The translations under genes were made by a program, and so were the position numbers. Positions 12,291 through 24,245 of a stretch of DNA of 64,000 nt are shown here, piece by piece. Within the stretch, counting starts at the first letter, position 1. Every line of letters begins with the position of its first letter. The DNA lies in NCBI GenBank assembly GCA_976551045.1, contig CDPCPM010000056.1:21328001-21392000 (forward strand). The letters are read 5' to 3'. This stretch comes from Glaucostegus cemiculus. Taxonomy: Eukaryota. The notes beneath the pieces are model-generated. The model made no database searches and was not told the origin of the DNA. It saw nothing but the letters and a program-made list of their open reading frames with translations.

Positions 12291-13144
12291 AGGGAAGGGA
12301 GGGTGGGGAAAAAAAGAGGATAAGAGAGAAAAAAAAATCCTATTCTAAGTCGATGAGAAGTCATCTAGGCAAAGGGCTACATTTTCCAGAGGTTTGTTTG
12401 CAAACTGCTCTCAGTGGATGCGATTAGCTACTGAGCATTCAAAGGAAAAAAGCTTCATGAGGCTCAACCACATCACATACTGTGTTTAGTTATAAAAGCA
12501 TAAAAAGGTATTTGAGTTTCAGGGACGCATGTAACAGGCTGAATTCCAGAGAGGGAAGATCAAGTCATAAGCATCACATCAACTCCCAGACTGCATCACA
12601 CCTACACAGTAGATTCCTGCCTACTTTAGGTATATTAAAACATATTTATACAAATATGCACTTCAGATTCAGTAACTAAAGAAAAATCCTACATAAAAAC
12701 TGACCACATTTAAAACATACATGGATACACACTTAAAGTGCTATATTGCACAAGGCTTTGTCCACGAGCTTAAAAGATGATAGGTGGCTCTTATAGTGTC
12801 TGGAGTTCCTCTTCAGCCAGAACAAAGCCCAAAAGGTTGAATGGGCCATTAGTTTCTATAGCTCTATGAGGATGACTGTGCATTTGCAGTGTACAGAAGT
12901 AACATTTTGGGAATATGGCTGCATGGAGGCATGATGGCATGCAGGATTGTAACCAGTGGGTACACAAAGAGAGGTGTCATTTAATGCTCCATTATCATTT
13001 CAATACTCTTCTCTGTCTTTTTCACTGCAATACTGCACCTGACCTACAACAAACTCTCCATTGGAGTGGAGCTTGGGAAAGGACGCTGACATTGATTTGT
13101 TTTTCCTAGCAATGGATAGAGAAAATTTTGCAGAAACACCATTG

Positions 13145-13188
13145 GCAGTTTGTCTCTAGTGCTTTTGCAGTTTGTCTCTAGTGCTTTT
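13145..13188. repeat. Perfect 22-bp tandem duplication
   Basis: gcagtttgtctctagtgctttt occurs twice in tandem. Confidence 0.95.
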
Positions 13189-13440
13189 GAAGTGTAATGA
13201 TGTTGGAAGATGTGGAGATCAATTTGTACACCAATGAGGCCCCATCAAATGCAATGAAAGACATAATTTGATCATCTTTTTAAAAGTATTAGTTAGCAGA
13301 TAAATATTAGCTAGGACAGTGAAGAACTATCCATAAGTTTGTGGATTTGGCTCAATAATCACCCTTCAGTTTGAAGCTTGAGGGTTTATGGAGATGTGCA
13401 TAATCAAGGACAACATTTTTCTGCCGAGAAGGCTGCCAAT
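13180..13440 (-). mobile_element. Deu-domain SINE remnant
   Basis: ttttgaagtgta…caatttgtacac…gataaatattagctaggaca is the reverse complement of the Deu-SINE core and tail. Confidence 0.5.
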
Positions 13441-13489
13441 ACCACCATTCAAACATAATGCCAAATCAAGACCCTCTCAGTGATTAGTT

Positions 13490-13772
13490 CCTTAAGGACA
13501 GCTTCTATCCACTGTGATAAGTCTATTGAATGGTTCCCTTATATGATGAGATGGATTCTGACCTCACAATTTACCTTGCAACTTATTGCACTGCACTTTC
13601 TCTGTAGCTGTGACACTTTATTCTGTACTGTTATTGTTTTTAGCTGTACTACCTCAATGCTCTCTGTACTGACTCAATGTAACTGCACTGTGCAATGAAT
13701 TGACCTGTACGATAAGTATGGAAGGCAAGTTTTTCACTGTACTTCGGTACAAGTGACAATAATAAACCAATA
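13490..13772 (+). mobile_element. Rex1/Babar-like LINE 3' end
   Basis: aaggacagcttctatcc (KDSFYP) followed by the 3' UTR ending gtgacaataataaaccaa. Homologous to 18830-19090. Confidence 0.75.
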
Positions 13773-15389
13773 CTGCTCTCCAGTAGTATGGAAAGGTGGG
13801 ACTGTTGTAAAGAGTTTCTACTCCACATTTTTCATATCAAAAACCTATTCTGACAATTACATCCTGACAATTTTGTTGTTATTAAATCAATACTGCATGC
13901 TTTACTTTCAGTCTGAAAAAAATACAAATCCTTCTGATGGGTATTATTTTGCCACTGAGAGCACCAGAAGGATATTGTTAAATTTGTTTCTGGGAAAGGG
14001 AGGTGTCCCAAAATAAAGAGCTAACAGTTCCCAGAATCCCTGAAGGGAACTGTGGCTAACTCAGAACAGGCCATATTCTCCAACTATAAGACAGAACAAA
14101 TTAAGAGCTTGTTTTAAATAAATCAGATATCATCAACCATGCTATTGATCAGACTTTGAGCTAACAATATCAATTATTATGTATGGCTGAAATGCATTGT
14201 TTTTGTCATTTTCTGGTGACGTTAGTCTCACAAACTCTTCAAATGCAGTTCACCGATATTTCTATAGTATATAGTCAAGTTTATTGTCATATGCACAAGT
14301 ACATGTATGATCACCATTGGAACAAACAACTTTAAAAAAATCAATAGGCTGAAGTAAATACAAAGGTACATTAATGATCAGGGTTCTTTTTAATATTTGA
14401 AAAGAAATCCAAACAGATTCTCACTTCCACAATGAAATAGGTCAATTCCAAGTGAAGCTATAACACATACCTCAGTGCATCAGGAGTACCTACTGAAGAA
14501 CCACCATTCCATACAGCAAGGAAGCACCATTCTCAGGGATACTACAGTTTGATATAACCAAATCCCCCGCATTACTTTTGTGCTAATGAAAGTATGGGTG
14601 ATAGCAAGATATAAGTGAACTAACAAAACAGCAAATGCCTGCTGCATGTCAGGTCTTTCAAATGTTCTACTGAAACACAAGTTATATTGCAGAATTCCTT
14701 TACTCTCAGCTGTATGCCAGCCCTACCAGTTCCATGTCATTCCCCACCTGCCAACAACCCTACCACCCTACTGACCCTCCCCATTGTTACCCAGGGAAAC
14801 TGCAGTTTCATGTCTGCAAAACACTTAGAGTATCCACTGATCTCAAGGATTATCTACACAAGCAAACTGAAGTACCCTTTGTGGTTAATTAGGAAATCTG
14901 TTATTGATGTGAACCCAAAGGAATGACAAGATGCAGACAGAACCTTGTCAACTGACATATCATAGATGGTAAGAAGATTGCCCTCATCAACCTTGTAGCC
15001 CTTGAGTCACAAGATGTAATTGGGGTGAGCGAAATTGCAAAAAGTGGCTAGAAGATGCTGAAAGGCATTGAAGATTTATCTGTCTACACATTGTATGCAG
15101 CCAAGATGTAATCTTCACAATGCAGATCAGCTGTAAATATTTCTGTGACACGAACTAAGGAAGAGCTTTTCTTCCTCTTTCTCTTGAGAGTTGCTAGGCT
15201 TGTGCCTAGGACATCTCCACTACAATATAATGGAGGGCAACAACCCAACATCATCAAAACAAAACCAAACTGGTATTCCACTCTGTCATAACACAGTGAA
15301 AAAAATAAGCTAACATAAAGACAGCTATGGTTCTATTATAGGATTTTCACATCCAAGGATCATTCATTCAATTCAAACATTCAATATAT

Positions 15390-15670
15390 TAATGCTGCAC
15401 TGTCAGAATAGTTGAGCTTTGGATTAAAACTCATGCTCAATCTGCTCAAATGGATGTAAAAGATCCCAATGCACTATTCAAAAGGGGCAAGGAGTTAGTG
15501 TAATTGTCCCTTCCAACATTAACTCCACACCGTCAGCACTAAAACAATTTGCTCTTTATAGCAACCTGGCTGCTTTTTTGCTGCATTACAACACTGGAAA
15601 CACTTCAGAAGTACTTCCTTGGTTATAAGATGTAGGAAAAGATTCAATATAAATACAAGGCCTTCCCTCC
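15390..15670 (+). mobile_element. Deu-domain SINE (SacSINE1/AmnSINE1-like)
   Basis: ggatgtaaaagatcccaatgcactatt…cattacaacac…cacttcagaagtacttc…tataaatacaag. Confidence 0.65.
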
Positions 15671-16094
15671 TTTCAGTATGTCACAACAATGAAGGGAGAG
15701 AAACAGAAATAGGCTAGATTTCTGCAGGTTTTTGTCCATAAGACTTTCAAAACAATGACTATAAAGTGTGTAAAATTAGTTCTTATCCATGGGTTTGAAC
15801 AGTTTTTGTAAGATACCAATGACAGCAGCAATAGACTGTTAAGTTGCTCTCCAATAGTTTGTAAACACTCATGTCCCATAGCTTGCCAGACAAGAGACCT
15901 CAACATATTCGATAATGTTGCTCACAATTCAGTAAAGTGTAATTGCATGGTTTTAAATTTACAAAATTGAACTGATGTTAAGTAAATATGTACAGAGTTC
16001 AAGAAAGAATAATTGTTATCAAGACAAGAAATCATATACAAACTGGATTTGTGGAAATGTAAGTTTGGGTAGCAGACGTTGTGGCTTTCACTTA

Positions 16095-17190
16095 TGTCTT
16101 CTTTACTTCCTCTTCTCAGGCAGTCCCTCAGGATCGAGGATGACTTGCTTGCACTCAAGTTCACGGGTTTCCAGCTGGCTGATGAGACCAATTTGGAACC
16201 AGAAAATACTGCCACAGGTGGATAACTTCGGAGATGGTGCCTTCTATCCACTGTTTATTATGGTTTTCAGTATACTCCCAAGAAATGAATTCAAGATTTT
16301 CAATGCCATTCCTAATTTTCCTTTGCCATTTTCTGTAGTCATAGGCCAAGGATTCCCACCTGTCAATGGAGATGTTACACTTTTACAGGGAGGCTCTGGG
16401 AACATATTTAAACCTTTTCCTCTGTCCACCTGGTAATCTCATACCATGAAAGAGCTTAAAGTAACTTTTTGAGAGTCTGAAGTTAGACATGCAAGCAATA
16501 TGGTCTGGTCATTGAAGCTAACGGAGTATAATTAGGGCCTCAGTGCTGAGGTTAGTAGAGCTTGCTGCCATTGTTTGCTTATCCTGTCAAGAGTTTTGGA
16601 GGATTCAGCAATAGACAGCTTTGGTGGTATTTCCCTAATGCTTCAAGGAGCCTGCTGTAGGTAGTTCATGTCTCAGAAATGTCGTGGAGGGCATGGCTCT
16701 TTGATGCCCAGAATACCACGCATCTTGTGCTGGGTCTGAGGTCTTGATCTTCACACAGGCTTTTCCTCAGATGGCCAAAGGCTATGGTGATACACTGAAG
16801 GCACTGACAGCTTCATCTTCGATGACAGCCTCCACTGAGACATGGCTTCTTGATAAAAGAGGCTGTCATGTTTTCCAGGGTCATAACGCAGATCTTTTAT
16901 TGCCAGAGGGCAGTGGTGTACTTTTGTTTTGCAGATGTTAAGTGTAAGGGCCATTATCTTCTCAGCGGCTTCTGAATGTGTGAATAGACAACCATGATCT
17001 GCATAATGCATCTCATGAAGTTGGGGGTGACTTTTGTGCTGGAGTGGATGCAACAGGGGTTGAACAATTTCCCATTCATCCTGTAGATTAGTTCCACAAC
17101 AGCACAAAACTTGACACCACTCTGCACTAAGATTGGATCTACTGAGGATGCAGTAGTTAAGGTCATGGTTTGCATGCCATCATGAAACAG
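16095..17190 (-). mobile_element. RTE-clade (BovB-like) LINE 3' remnant
   Basis: The 3' end (reverse complement of aggcagtccctcaggatcgaggatgacttgc) is shared with the copy ending near 61660. Decayed RT motifs (ELIYRMNGKLFN, MHYADHG, LTLNICKTKV) appear in ORFs 16954..17175 and 16751..17107. Confidence 0.8.
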
Positions 17191-17519
17191 AAGACAGAGA
17201 TGAATTTATATAGTCAGCCAAATTGACCTAAAAAAAATTGTGTACACTACAAATGTGTAAGCTAATAGAATAACTTATTTACACCTCTTTAATTTTATCA
17301 CCAAATATGACTGTCAAGGCAGGAAGTGGATACAACTTTATATAATACAGAGCTACTAAGTGTGTATGTGACAGAGAAGAAGCAGAGAGAGAAAAATTAC
17401 TTTAAAATTCATAATCTGCTAAGAGTGCAACATATATCAGGGGTATCAATCAGCTGAAACTACCATTTATTTATGGTATCAGCAATATTTTAATTCATGC
17501 ACTGTAAATATATATCCAT

Positions 17520-17830
17520 GGCAATGCCAACATTTAATGCTGATTCCCAACTGCCCTCATACTTCCAATTCAGGAACTCCAGAATTTTAATCCCATAGTG
17601 AAGAAGGGACAGCATTATATTTTTAATTCAGCACCTGGGAGAGGAAATTACTGGTGATGACATTCCCATGTGCCTACTCACTGACCTGGGAGAGATGATC
17701 TATCAGGGAAATTGGTTGAGAAAGCCTTGGTGAATTGATGCAGTGCATTTTTGGAGTTGTGTGCATTGTAGTTGGTAGGTGGTTAGAATGTGATGTGACT
17801 GCCAATCAGGTAGACTGCTTTGGCAAAGAT
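17520..17830 (-). mobile_element. Old LINE remnant (CR1/L2 group), apparently continuing at about 18320-18510
   Basis: gccaacatttaatgctgattcccaactgccct…ggaactccagaattttaatccca. A related copy lies at about 47915-48130. Confidence 0.45.
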
Positions 17831-17834
17831 GATT

Positions 17835-18320
17835 GTAGCAAAAACCTGCAGATGCAGATATTGGAAATCCAAACCAAAACCGAAAATGCTAGAGGCACTC
17901 ATCACGTACAGCTCATCCATGGGGAGATTAACAGAATCAATGTTTCAAGACAAGGACTCTTCATCAGAACTGGAAAACTAAGAAATCAAGCATTTTGTTA
18001 TAGAGAGGAGAAAAAAATGAGGGAATGGAGAAAATGCTTGTGATAAGGTGCAGACCAAAGTTGTCAAGGTAACAATTAGTTTAAAAATGTTTTGAGACAG
18101 GGAAACAAAAGGGTGATTCCCTGAAATTCAACAGTAAGCCCTGAAGGCTGTAATGTGTCCAGACAGGAGATGGGATGCTGTTCCACAAGCTTATTTCGGG
18201 CATTATTGGAGCAATATAGAAGCCAAAGACAGAGTGAAAGTGGGATGGAGAGCTAAAGTGGTAGATTACTGGAAGCACAGGGTCACCTCTGCAGACTGAA
18301 TACAGATACTCTGCAAAGCC
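17835..18320 (-). mobile_element. Penelope-like element 3' fragment (GIY-YIG endonuclease end plus terminal repeat)
   Basis: The minus strand gives LPVIYHFSSPSH and, frameshifted, KLVEQHPISCLDTLQPSGLTVEF (~ LPVA.HFNS..H…KLEEQHLIFRLGTLQP.GLN.EF). It is followed by the 'gaaaatgctggaaatactcagcagg'-type terminal repeat at 17845-17970. Confidence 0.8.
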
Positions 18321-18519
18321 TTAGGCCTGGATGTTGTTGAACTTCAACTGATGTCAAAGCTGCATTCAATGAGCACATGGAGAACATTCTATCACTGAGT
18401 TGACTTGTACCCTGTAGATTGTGGAAAGACTTGAGAGCCAAGAGATGAATCACTCGCCACAATTGCTATGACTGGCTACTGCAAACCTGTCATTTAACTG
18501 GTATGTCCTGTTAAGTGGG

Positions 18520-19345
18520 TAACACGGTGGTGCAGCTGGTAGAGCTGCTACCTCACAGTGGCAGAGACACGGGTTCAATCCCATCCTCGGATGTTGTATG
18601 TGTAGAGTTTGCATGCCATGTTACTAAGCTCTCTATCTCCTTACGGTACTGCAACTCATCATTATTTGAGATATGGCCCATTATGGTGGTATGACAACTG
18701 CTCTGCCCGTGACCACAAGAAACTGCAGAGAATTGTGGACACAGCTCAGCACATCACAGAAACCAGCCTCGCCTCCATGGACCCATCGGGCAGAAGATAC
18801 AAAATCCTGAAATAACATACTACCATGCTCAAGGACAGCTTCTATCCTGCTGTTATAAGTCCCCTAGTAATGATAAGTGTACTCTTGACCTCACAATCTA
18901 CCTCATTATGACCTTGCACCTTATTGTCTACCTGCACTTTCTCTGTAGCTGTTAAACACTTTATTCTGCCTTGTGTTACTGTTTTACCCTGTACTACCTC
19001 AATGCACTGTGTAATGAATTGATCTGTATGAACGGTACGCAAGGCAAGTTTTTCACCGTTGGTTGGTACATATGACAAAAATAAAGTAATTCCAGTTCCA
19101 ATGTCTGTGACCACGTGGGTGTCCTCCAAGAGCTCTGGTTTCCTCCCACATCCCAAAGGTGCGGCCTGGTAGGTTAACTGACCAGTGTAAGTTTCCACAG
19201 TCTGTTGGTGAGTGGTTGAATCTGGGGGGAGTTGATGAGAATGTGGAGAGAATTTTAAAAAATGAATTAATGTAAGATTAGTGTCAATGGGTGTTTGATG
19301 GTTGGAATAGACTCAGTGGGCTGTATAAAATAAATAATGCTTTAT
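18520..19345 (+). mobile_element. V-SINE split by a Rex/Babar insertion (head 18520-18615, body and tail 19100-19345)
   Basis: tRNA head with GGTTCAATCCC. The V-domain ctctggtttcctcccacatcccaaag resumes after 19100. Confidence 0.75.
18680..19100 (+). mobile_element. Rex1/Babar-like LINE 3' fragment with internal deletion
   Basis: WYDNCSARDHKKLQRIVDTAQHIT…PSGRRYK…KDSFYP plus 3' UTR. Confidence 0.8.
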
Positions 19346-20044
19346 CTCTCTCAGACTCTGTTTCTCGTTTATGGTGACTTGGAGGAGATTGTTAGAATGG
19401 TAATGCTGTTGAATGTTAACAAGTGCTTAAGGGAGATGCTCATTCCAACACTTCTACAGTGCAACTGTAACTTGCACTAATCAGCCAGTTTCTAAATGCT
19501 GTTCATACCTTACTGCAGCAGGCACAAGCTGCTCAATTATCTGTTGAGATGCAAATACAATGCTGCAATTGACATATTCTGTAACTTATTCTGCCAATAG
19601 AAGGGAAGGATTGAGGCAAAGAAAATCTAGGTGTCTGAGTGAAGGCATGAGAAATACATGCCCTATTACTTAAACATAATAATGTGGCAAGAAATTTTAC
19701 ATATTAAATGACAATCACCAAAACATCAACATCCATCAAACAATGAAAACTATCATTTGTACAACATGCATCAACCCCTTGCTGACCACCTCCTTGACTG
19801 GTCTCCCTATTTGGCATAAACTTTAAAAGATCGCAGAATCCAGTGAATATAAAGTAGGGTGCGAGTACAAAAAGAAAATGTACTTCACATTAATAACCCC
19901 AGACCCTTACAGGAGAATTTTAAAATGAAAATTAACTTGACTTCAAGGGAAATTTAAATACATGTCATGTAGCATTTGTGGTAAGAGTCAGAATTAGGTT
20001 ATGATATCATACATGTTCATTGGAACTGATAGGCCATTGATCTG

Positions 20045-20140
20045 ACACATTAACTCTCTCTCTTGATACTGCTTGACCGGCTAAGTATTTTCAGCATTTT
20101 CTGTTTTCATTTCAGATAAACAGTATCCACAGTATTTTAC
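20045..20140 (-). repeat. Penelope-type terminal repeat fragment
   Basis: tgcttgaccggctaagtattttcagcattttctgttttcatttcagat. Confidence 0.6.
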
Positions 20141-20429
20141 TGTTATAGAAATTTAAGTAGTTCTCCTTTGCATTTATATTTTTACCCCTCATATAATCAA
20201 TAACCTAATTGGATAATGTACAGGGGTGTGATGGAAAGATACATTAGGTGACTTCAATATGAAAAATAAAGCAGTGCAACAGCACTTTAGTTTCAATTAG
20301 AGTTAATTAAACAAACCTGCTGTAACAACCATATCCCAACTTGTACTAAATAATGTTTATCAAGAATCCCAGGCTTGCTGCCAGAATACTCAACTGAGCA
20401 CAGGTAAACAAATCAAAATCACAGAAAGT

Positions 20430-20725
20430 ATCATAGAAAATTTATGACTCAGCAGAACACCATTCAGTGTATCACGTCTGTTCCAGTTGAAAAAAGGTTA
20501 CCCAGTGTTCCAGAGAAAATAACCTTATTTTACCCAACCTTTCCTCATAACTACAATGTTCTAGTCCTGGCAACGTCCTCGTAAGTCTTCTCTGCACCTT
20601 CTTAAATACAATCACATCTTTCCTACAGCATGGTGATAGAACTGTACGCAACAACTCAGCCATGGCCTAATTAATATTATAAGCAGTTCTAGCAAAACCT
20701 CAGTGTCTTAGATTCTGTGCCTCTG
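20430..20725 (-). mobile_element. CR1 LINE fragment
   Basis: ORF 20472..20663 reads RKDVIVFKKVQRRLTRTLPGLEHCSYEERLGKIRLFSLE, typical of the CR1 ORF2 C-terminus. Confidence 0.85.
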
Positions 20726-20749
20726 GTTTTTATCCCTCAAAGTTTTAGG

Positions 20750-21000
20750 AACCCAGATTCAATCCAAGGTGCTATCTGTGTAAAATTTGCATGTTCTCTC
20801 CATGAATGGATGGGTTTCCTCTGGGTGCTCCCATATTCTAAAGACATACTGTCAGCTTAATTGGATACTGTAAATTAGCCCTTAGTGCAGATTAATGACA
20901 AATAAGAATGTAAGGGGAGTTGATGATCTTGTTTGAGAGGGAATAAGTGACAGTGGTGCAGGGAAATAAGGAGAGTGGGTATGATACTAATGGCCTCCTG
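20750..21000 (+). mobile_element. Degraded V-SINE
   Basis: tttgcatgttctctcc…gggtttcctctgggtgctcc…ctgtaaattagcccttagtg. Confidence 0.65.
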
Positions 21001-21064
21001 CATGCTTGAAAGTTAAAGTCATCTATATCCTTGGACTCTTGCCAAATCCAAATCATAACCATAC

Positions 21065-22420
21065 CACCCAGCACAAAATCATCAGCAAACCTGGATGGTC
21101 CCCTAATCCAGGTTTGTGAACACTTGGTCCCCTAATCCAAATCATTGATATAAATAGTGAACAGCTAGTACTCAAGCATTGATCACTGCAGCTTCCCACT
21201 AGTTACATCCTCCTAACCTGAAAGCTACTCATTTATTCCTACTCTCTGCCTGTTAACTAATCCTTAGTGTGCAGGAGTATGTAATACATAATCTCACATG
21301 CTTCAATTTTGTTTAATACTTCAAGTGGCACCTCATTGAAGATTTTCTAAAAGCCCAGGTACACCATATCCACTGTTTTCCCCTTACTAATTCTGCTGCT
21401 TACAACCTCAAAAATCTCTTAACATATCTGTCAAACGTCATTTCTCTTTTGCAAAGCTATGTTAATTCCGCCCGATCCATTCACTGTTTCCCCTTCCCCC
21501 ACCCCACCCCCCCCCAAGTGCCATGTAACCACATTCCTATTAATAGATTCTAGCATTTTGTTTTACTCCCATCATCTGGTTTACCAGTCTGTAGTTCACC
21601 ATTTTCCCTCTCCATCCATTCTTAAATAACAGTTACATTTGTTCCCTTCCAATATGTGACAAGTATTCTAGAATCTATGGAATGTTGGAAGCTGACTAGT
21701 ATCACCTCCACAGTCAACTCTTTTAAAACTAGGAATTAAGATCATCAGGTCCTGGAGATATATCTGCTTTCAGTCACATTAATTTCTCCATTTCTTTTTT
21801 AACTAAATTCTTCAGCTTCTCATTCAATCTAGACCTGTTGGTCACCACTATTTGCAGGAGGTTTCCTGTCTTTTCTTCCATGAAGGCAGACACAAAATAT
21901 TTGCTTAATTTCTCTGTCATTTCCTTTTACCCCCCAATATAACTTGGTCCTCTTTCAATAAGACACCCAGATTAACTTTTGCTATTCTTTCCTTATGAAC
22001 ACATCTGTAGCAACTTGTAGCATCTGTTTTAATGTTTCTTGCAAGATCATTCTCATGTTGTACTTTCCTTTTCAATATCTTGGTCCTTTGCTGAATTCTG
22101 AAATGTTCCTAATTCTGAAACTTCTTACTCCCTTTAGCAACATTGCAAGTCCTTGCCTTTAACTTCTCTTGTTAGCCATGGCTCAACCACTCATTCCTTA
22201 AAGTGACAGATATTTGAAGTAATCTGTGTACTAATTTTTTAAATATTAGATATTGCTTGTTCAGTGTCATAAATTTAAATCAAGTTTTCCAATTACAGCC
22301 AACTCATGTCTCCTACCTCCGTAGTCTAATTTGTTTAGGTTAAAAGCCCTGTTTTTAAATTGAACTAAATCACTTTCAATCCATATATAAAATTCTCTCA
22401 CATTCTATCAATTACTATCA
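21065..22420 (-). mobile_element. CR1 LINE ORF2 remnant
   Basis: Antisense CR1 hallmarks: tcatcagcaaac (FADD), tctgtcaaacgtcatttc, catcaggtcctggaga (SPGPD) and agccatggc. Confidence 0.7.
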
Positions 22421-22424
22421 CTCT

Positions 22425-22780
22425 TCTCACTGAACACTCTTAACAAATTTCTACAGATGTACTGTTGAAAGCGTCCTGACTGGTTGCATCATGGTCTAGT
22501 ACAGGATTTCAAATGCGCAGGAACATAAGAAGCTGCTGAGAGTAGTGGACTCTGCCCAATACATCACAGGCACATCCCCCCTCACCATCAGGTGCATCTA
22601 CAGGAGGCATTGCCTCAAGAGGGCAACATCTATCATCAAAGATCCCCACCATCAAGGCCATGCCATCTTCTTGCAGCTACCATCAGGCAGGAGGTACAGA
22701 ATCCCGAAGTCCCACACCACTAGGTTCAAAAACAGCTACTTCCCTTCAACCATTTGGTGCTTGAAGCAACCGGTACAATC
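22425..22780 (+). mobile_element. Rex1/Babar-like LINE 3' coding fragment
   Basis: FYRCTVESVLTGCI… and ORF 22545..22844 IIKDPHHQGHAIFLQLPSGRRYR…TTRFKNSYFP. Confidence 0.85.
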
Positions 22781-23334
22781 CCAATCACTAGAGTTTAGTT
22801 ATGAAAATCACTATGAGCACTTTGATCACTTTGCACTAAAATAGACTGTTCCTCAACATGCTGATCGAGAAAGTCATATAGACCATAAGTTTGTCTTCTG
22901 AAAACCTCTCTATATGCCTCCAGGCTTGCTGCTGTATTAATCTCTTAGTGTCTCATATAAGCTTCCGTTTTTTGCCTTATCTCATCCTCTATGCACCTGG
23001 TCATCCGGGGGCTCTAGCTTTGGCAGTCACTAGGTTTTCTTTGCAGGAACACACGTATTTGGAACCAGTGAATCTCCTTCTTAAATGCTTCTGATTGTTC
23101 CAAGACTGACTTACCTTCAAGTAGCTATTTCTGGTGCACTTTTAGTAAATCACTTCTTAGCCCAATTAAGTTGACCTTATCCCAATATTGAACCTTTAAC
23201 CCTATTGTGCCTTTGTCCTTTTCTATAACTATGTTAAACCTAACTGAATTATGATCACAACAATAAAAAAAGAATCTTCCACTGATGCTTCTTTCAACTG
23301 CTCAATTTCATTCCCCAAAGCACAATGAAATCAG

Positions 23335-23495
23335 CAGATTCTGGAAACAGAAAATGCTGCTGTATGCGGCAGATCATACAACATGTGCAGAAAGAGGAAA
23401 AAAGTTAGTGTTTATGGTCAATGGTATTAACTCTGTTTCTCTCTACAAAGATGCAATTTGACCTGCTAAGTATTCCCAGCATTTTATATTCACTA
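23335..23495. repeat. Palindromic Penelope-type terminal repeat
   Basis: acagaaaatgctg…agaaagagg, then inverted ttaactctgtttctctctacaaagatgc…tgacctgctaagtattcccagcatttt. Confidence 0.65.
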
Positions 23496-23706
23496 AAACC
23501 AAATCAACTTTCACCTCCCCAACCTCACCAATTGTTTGGTTTACTACATACCAAGTAATAAAGTTCCCCTGAATGCAAGTTAGTAACACAACAGCTACTA
23601 TTATTTTTATACTGATTCTATCACAGTTAATATTAAGGTAACTAAAATCCCTCAACATTACTGCTCCAGCACTTTTGCACGTCAGAAATTTGCTTACAAT
23701 TTTGCG

Positions 23707-23733
23707 CTCTCTCACTCACACACACACACACAC
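23707..23733. repeat. (CT)n(CA)n microsatellite
   Basis: ctctctcactcacacacacacacacac. Confidence 0.85.
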
Positions 23734-24084
23734 AGGTTTTAATACATTGCCAAGTGTTTCTGTCCATTTTTGTCCTTTAATTCAACTTATATAGCCTCAT
23801 TTCACAGAATACTTGCAGCACAGAAGGCCATTGGCTCAGTTCCCACTTTATGAAGGTTCTTCAAGACTTCCTTACTCTTTTATTCTAAGCCTTTGTTTAT
23901 AAAACCCTGTTTAACTATTTTCTCAAGCTGCCCTACTATTTTCAACAACCTATGCTCATAAATCCTCAGATCTCTGTTCTCATACATCTTTTAGAATTGT
24001 GCCTTTAGTTTATAATTGATAACACTTCTAACTCATCATCCCTTCTCAAAGCAAGGAGAAAGTAACACAAAAAGTGCTATCAAA

Positions 24085-24245
24085 ATTAAGCAGCATCTGT
24101 GGAGGGAGGATGGTAGGGTTAACATTTTATTCATTGACCTTTTTCCAGTAATTATCTTCTTCTTGCCACAGGTGCTACCTAGTCTGCAGCATCTGTTGTT
24201 GCTTTGATCCAAATTCCCAGCATCTACAGTTATTCTGATTTTTAT
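24085..24245. repeat. Palindromic Penelope-type terminal repeat
   Basis: gcagcatctgtggaggg… followed by inverted …ccagcatctacagtt. Confidence 0.55.
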
